Source of the DNA: Octopus vulgaris
Taxonomy: Eukaryota
DNA: 64,000 nucleotides
NCBI GenBank assembly: GCA_951406725.2
Contig: OX597814.1
Location: 75,330,001-75,394,000 of the forward strand
Direction of reading: 5' to 3'
In this document: one piece after another, positions 58,031 to 64,000 of the stretch
Layout of the letters: every line of letters begins with the position of its first letter
How positions within the stretch are numbered: position 1 is the stretch's first letter
Translations under genes and position numbers: made by a program
The notes under the pieces: model-generated
What the model was told of the DNA's origin: nothing
Databases searched by the model: none
The model's input: only the letters and a program-made list of their open reading frames with translations

Positions 58031-58631
58031 AAATGGAAAAAAATATTAATATGTATACATATAACTCTCTATGGATTTTTTCTGCTAGTGTACCTGTTGC
58101 GTTATATTCTTCTATACACATGTGGCCTTGTTTACATTACACTTCATCTCAACCTGTTACTATTTCTTTAAACATATCCATTAGATTTTTCTTTTCATAT
58201 TATAGTTTACTGCACATATAGACTTGCATACACATTGAAATATCTGTCTTTTGTTCTCTTTTGTCTCTCTCACTATTATATTTTACTGTTATTTTTTTTC
58301 CCCTTTTACAACTTGTTTGTAAATATTCAATTTTTTCCTATTACACCATCTGTATTCTCCCTTATTTGTATCTTATTCTATTTTACTTTATTAAACATTT
58401 TTTGATGTCAGGCCAAAAATTCCTCACACTAATGAGAATGACAACGCATAAATTTAATTATAATTATTATGATTATAATTTTTTTCTTACATATTTGTAG
58501 TCTTTTGAAACGTGCATATGTATTCAATCCAATCTTGTATTAAATCTATCTTCATTCAACATTTTCTCCATTTTTTATACTTGTTTTATGGCATTTTTAT
58601 GCTTATAACGACAACTAACACATACATATCA

Positions 58632-59045
58632 AAGGCATTACTATACATAAATGCCTCACGCTAGGAGGGACTCTTAAAGTCAAAACTACCATAATAAACA
58701 CATTGTACCGAATGCGAGGGAATGCAACTCTTGAAGCGAGCCTTTTAAAAATAGATTCAACCACAGATCATATGATTTCATAACTAGTGCACAAAATGCA
58801 CTTTTTAATCATCAGTGCAGACATAATCAAGACACTCGAGAGTTGCATTCCCTCGCGTTAGGTACAATGTGTTTATTATGGTAGTTTTGACTTTAAGAGT
58901 CCCTCCTAGCGGGAGGCATTTATGTATAGTAATGCCCTTAATATAAATAAATATATTTAAAGGGAATAATTAATAAATTTTTCCCCTATGAGGTTTTTCA
59001 CGCTAACTACTTGATAAATTCTTACAAAGATTTTATCCTATTTTT
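58632..59045. mobile_element. Penelope-like/retrozyme insert with ~100-bp inverted arms around a hammerhead
   Basis: 58632-58733 is the reverse complement of 58836-58939, with a hammerhead between the arms. Confidence 0.7.
58761..58820 (-). ncRNA. Type I hammerhead ribozyme
   Basis: Minus strand CUGCA-CUGAUGA-U-UAA-AA-AGUGCA(UUUUG)UGCACU-AG-UUA-U-GAAA-UCAUAUGA-UC^UGUGG; palindromic helix III AUCAUAUGAU; AUC triplet. Confidence 0.8.
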
Positions 59046-59487
59046 GAATTGTATACATATATATATATATATATGTTTACATAAATATATATATATATAT
59101 ATATAATAACAAATTAATAAATAAAACATGCATATATACATACATATATGGGTACAGGACACCAAAAAAACTTTGAACACAATGAGAAACGAAAATATGA
59201 ACACAAAACCAAGGAAATGGACATTTTTCTTAAACAACGAAAAAATAGAGTACAGGACATACAACACAAGGAAAATTCCCCTTCTTCAGCCGCCTCTGTT
59301 TCATCTACTCCGCATTTCGAAGGTCAAGGCAAGACATGACTTCGGTGAAACATTCCTTCCCGCAGAAAGCAAATTAAATAAAATTTGAGATTTTTTTTGC
59401 GGAGGGGTAAAAATGGTAACAAAAACAGGACAATAAAGACAGTACAAATTATAAACAGTAAAAGACAGGGCAAGGAGAATACATATA

Positions 59488-60045
59488 TATCATCATCATC
59501 GTTTAACGTCTGCTTTCCATGCTAGCATGGGTTGGACAGTTCGACCAGGGTCTGGGAAGCCATGAGGCTGCACTAGGCTCCAGTCTGATCTGGCAGTCTT
59601 TCTACAGCTGGATGCCCTTCCTAATGCCAACTCCTCTGTGAGTGTAATGGGTGCTTTTTATGTGCCACCGGCACAAGGATCACAGGAAGCTGGCAACGGC
59701 CACAATCGGTTGGTTCTTCTTACGTGCTACTGGCACGGAGGCCAGTCAAGGCGGCGCTGGTATTGGCCATGTTCGGATGGAGCTTTTTATATGCCACCAG
59801 CACGGGTATCACAACTACAATTTCCATTTGATTTTTATTTTGATGCTGATGTACTTGACTCAATGGGTCTCCTCAAGTACAGCAGGTTGGCCAATCATCC
59901 AATGTAAGCACAGCAGGCCGTCCTGCGAGCCATGAACTCATTTCATTTGTCGAGTCTTCGCAGTCACAGTACATCTCCAGAGGTCTCAGCCTTTCGTCAT
60001 TGCCTCTGTGAGGCTCAACGTTCGAAGGTCATACTTGACCACCTC

Positions 60046-60046
<1 letters not shown>
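59488..60046 (-). mobile_element. 5'-truncated RTE 3' fragment
   Basis: (CAT)n tail and RTE 3'UTR motifs, plus GAGGTGGTCAAG..GACCTTCGAACGTTG matching the RTE ORF end. Confidence 0.85.
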
Positions 60047-60097
<51 letters not shown>

Positions 60098-62439
60098 TAT
60101 ATATATATATATATGTACATAAATATATCTATCTATAATTAAGTTTACATTAAGTTTATTAATGTAAACTTAATAATTTAATTATGTTTACATTATTATA
60201 AACTTAATAATGTAAAAAAAAATTTTAAATGCTTTAACAGGTACCTGAAGAAATTTATGAAAGTTAAGAAAAGTAGTTGTTGATCATGAACGGCAAATTT
60301 GCCAATAAGAAAAGTTGTTATTGTCAAAGGGATTTGTTTTACATAACTTCTACATCAATTGTAGTGTTCCAGCAATTAGTTTGTTTCATTGGATACTGTA
60401 ACAAAAATCAGTAGTTTTATCTAATGTTTTTACACCTGTTATTTTATACTGATTGGGAGCAGATAATTTTATGGGAATGCAAACTCAAGTTATACAGTTC
60501 ATTCAGAGATGAGAACTATTTCCAATATTACCACTGTTGACTGATTGTATTGCGTTGATGTTACCACATTCAAGTGACAGGCATTTCTTCAGGTTAGTGA
60601 TCACTGTCATAACAAAAATCTGAGATAGATTCCTTATATACTCAAGACAAATTTCGCTTTTTCTTCAGGAAATTATGATAAATGACAAATGTGTGAATTA
60701 CAAACCAGATGTACTTGTTAGTCATATAACCAGTGTGAGCTACATGAAGTAACTATTCTGACAAGATCATTTATTGTCCTTGGGAGAGACAAGAATAATA
60801 CAACTTTCCTACTGTAAGCTTTTAATATGTAAAATATTATTCTAAAGCCTGAAATGTTGACATGGCCTTCTCATTCCAAGTAATATAAAGCCTTGTGATT
60901 CTTCTTTTATTAATATATGTATATTACTCTTTTAATATAGATAAGAAGAAACAGAAATTGAGATACGGAAGAGTGCTGAAAGCAAAACAAATATTTAATG
61001 TTTGGACAGTTACTTTCATCTCCCTTAAAGAAAAACAAAACTACCTGAGTGATATGTTAGATATTTCTTCTTGTGGTATACCAGCATACCTCACCATTTC
61101 ACTTTTTATTGAATTGACTCTTGCTGGAACAGGCCAATACTTATGTCCTTGAATTCCATTATTTTAATTTAAGTGAGAATTGGAAATGTAAACTGCATTA
61201 TATGTGGCACTCAAAATATTTATGTACTTCACTTTGCAGCCAAAACAACTAAATGAAGAACTTACACCTCTGACATTAGTCATTATCGACTTAAAGCCAA
61301 GCTGAAAACCATGATGTAATATTTATTGGAAAGCTATATGCTTCAAACATCTCCAGCATTTAATGACATCTGTAAAATGAGTAAAATGTCTAACAAGTCT
61401 TCTCTCAAATTGGAAGTTCTTTCCAACTACATCAGTTTTGTCATATTAATTCAAACTGGGTTAATGGAAGCATCACTTGCTTCTAGACTCAGATATTCTT
61501 TTTTTTCTTTCTCTTTTTACAACTACCTTATGTGCTATGTCTAAGAGAAAGCACATAGCTCTACTTGTCTCACTCTGATTAGCTGACATATGGGTTCCAT
61601 TCATCTCTACAGTTGAGTGGTTCACATGAGAAGTATGGAAATGCAAAATGAAGTTTCAGCAATACATAGATGTCCATAAAGTTTACATAAAACCATTCTG
61701 ACAATTCTAATATAATGACAAGAAAATGAATTTTCAAAAATCAAACACACCTTACAGATTATTGAACACACATTACAAATAACTTGGCACATTTTTTTTA
61801 TTGGATTAGTCTGAAGAAAGGGGCTGTCTCCATGGACTTTGCATGTCCCTCAGGACCAGTGACAACAACATCAATAATATTCTTCTTGAATAGTTTCAAG
61901 TCAGTGGTTGCAAGAAAAACATTCAGGGAGACTATTTTCAGAGTGTAGACATTATGGGAAAGGAGTGAACAGAGTGGCTAGTGTGGGGCCCAGGGCATTA
62001 TACAATATAGGTGATAAGAAAAGAAGTGATGAGGAGTGAGAATACCTGAGAGGAAGTGGTATAAAAGTAGCTTGCTCTGAAGAGCAGAGGCTATTGGTGT
62101 TGCAGTGGAAAAGATAGAGACCGAAGGCAGTATGACTGTGTGCCAGAGGTTGAAGTGTGTTTGTGAGTAACTTTTCAGTACACCAAATAAGAATCTTTTT
62201 TTTTTTCTATGCATACAGCCTAGTATATCTGTATATAAAACAATAATTCATTGGAGATCTCAAATGGACTTTGCAGAGAGTTGGTAATTCTTTAACACTT
62301 ATGTGCTGATATAAGATCATGGATCTTCAAACTAGTATGTCAACAATACAATCAATTCTAACTTTCATGGTCAAGTTTAGTTAATCTGGTACCTATTAAT
62401 CCTGTAGAGATGAATGGCTAACTTACAGTGACAGTACTG

Positions 62440-62670
62440 AACCCTTTAGCATTTAAACTGGCCATATCAAGCTCTAATATTCTACTTGTTTTATGTTCAA
62501 ACTGGACAGATCTAACTTCTCACACCTATCCTACATTGTCAATCTAAAAATAAATGATCGTACCATCAAAATATTGAAGCTATAATATAATGCACGACTA
62601 ATTCAAAACAATGTGAATAAATAATAAATAAGCATTACATTTGACAGAATAATCTGAATGCCACATAGTT
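62440..62670 (-). mobile_element. TTAA-MITE family copy
   Basis: ACCCTTTAGCATTTAAACTGGCCATATC..CATTTGACAGAATAATCTGAATGC matches 43897-44120. Confidence 0.7.
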
Positions 62671-63917
62671 GAGGCTGAAGAATTTTATGATGCACTCTTT
62701 GCTATGTTAGAGAAAGTGCTTTAACCAGGAAAGATCCTCATCTACGACAAAGCTTAGAATTTGTATCACTCTTAAATATGGGTCAGAGAGAGTTCCAGTA
62801 GTATGTGTGATGATATCTGGTAAGATATTGTCAACCTGGTACTATAGAGATTAAATCATTTAGGCCAGAGCTCTACTACTTCTGTTAATCCTATAACATA
62901 TATATCTTTCAGAATAATATATATTTTTTTCTATTGATGCAAGATCGTAAGTTGGCAGGGAGCAACATTTTTTATCAAACTGACATTGAAATCTATCTAG
63001 TGCTCACTTTATCAATACTAAAGTGCTAAAAAAGGGAAAAAAAAATCAACCCCAGTAAGATTTGAATTTTTAATGTAGAGAGATAAAATTAAATACTTTT
63101 AAGGCTCTCAATGTCATTTCTGCAAACTCTATCATTCTTTTATATTCTGTATTGATAATATCAATCAACTAAATGTCTTCTATTTCTCTTCATGTGTTTC
63201 TTAAAGCCACAGAATCGAAATTTCTTTATCTGACCTTGAAAAGTTTATCAGTAATCAACAAATAATACACTTAAATGTTAAAAAGGTTGCATTAAGGTCT
63301 AACTGTAGTAACAACATATGGCTAAGAATGCATTAAAAAAGAGTTGTCAATCATAACACTAAACGAGCAGTGAGGTTACCCTTTATTATTGTTATAAGTC
63401 AAAGTTCCTAGATAGATTATGAACCCACAGATCAATGCTAATAACATGTTCCATATAATCATTCATTCCTTGTCACTAATACACCCAATCTGAGAAAACA
63501 ATTTACACATCTACTGAATATACTTTGATTGCTATCACAGTCTACCACCTCCAGCAATAACTTGTATTAAATACCAAGAAGTTATTCTTTGAATATGAGT
63601 TTAATAATAGAGTAGACACCTTATTCAGTGTAATCCTACTGACAGAAACTTCAGTCATTGTTCTTACAGATTTGTGATACCAGAGAACAGAGAAATAGAA
63701 AATTTCGTAAACAGCTGACACTTCCACTTATATTTTCTGTAATAAATCAAACATTTTTCAGTCAACAAAACTGGTTTTCATGATAAAAATAGAAAGGAAG
63801 TGACATAGCATGATCTCATAAAAACCAAAAATATTTGAATTCCTCTTAAATTTAAAACGAAAACACAACAGTCACTGAACTTGCATAGTGATGATAAAAC
63901 AAAATCATTGTTATATG

Positions 63918-63978
<61 letters not shown>

Positions 63979-64000
63979 AAAAGCATATAACAATGATTTT

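Noticed and set aside
59270-59330. Minus-strand CUGAAGA-AGGGG..CCUU hairpin
   Set aside because: It lacks a correctly placed GAAA, helix III and UH site.

Overview
AT-rich, repeat-saturated animal DNA. The repeat families and very long (TA)n tracts look like an Octopus/cephalopod genome (inference). No complete host gene is visible; two or three short, phase-compatible minus-strand exon candidates may belong to a long-intron gene. Recognisable elements: a near full-length frameshifted RTE LINE, several CR1/L2-type LINE copies, a decayed Helitron, a Tc1 (DD34E) transposon with IR/DR ends, a hAT relic, TTAA-flanked MITEs and many SINEs. The standout is a retrozyme-like system at 49392-52533. 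It is a near-perfect tandem array of a 360-bp non-coding unit that flips orientation (6.3 copies, then 2.4 inverted copies). Each unit carries a type I hammerhead ribozyme with an atypical CCGAUGA core and a palindromic helix III, and self-cleavage would release a highly structured 360-nt monomer. Three further unrelated hammerhead-bearing, Penelope-like/retrozyme inserts (6678, 14214, 58761) and one degenerate one (15301) occur in the same window. Two of these show the same head-to-head inversion geometry.
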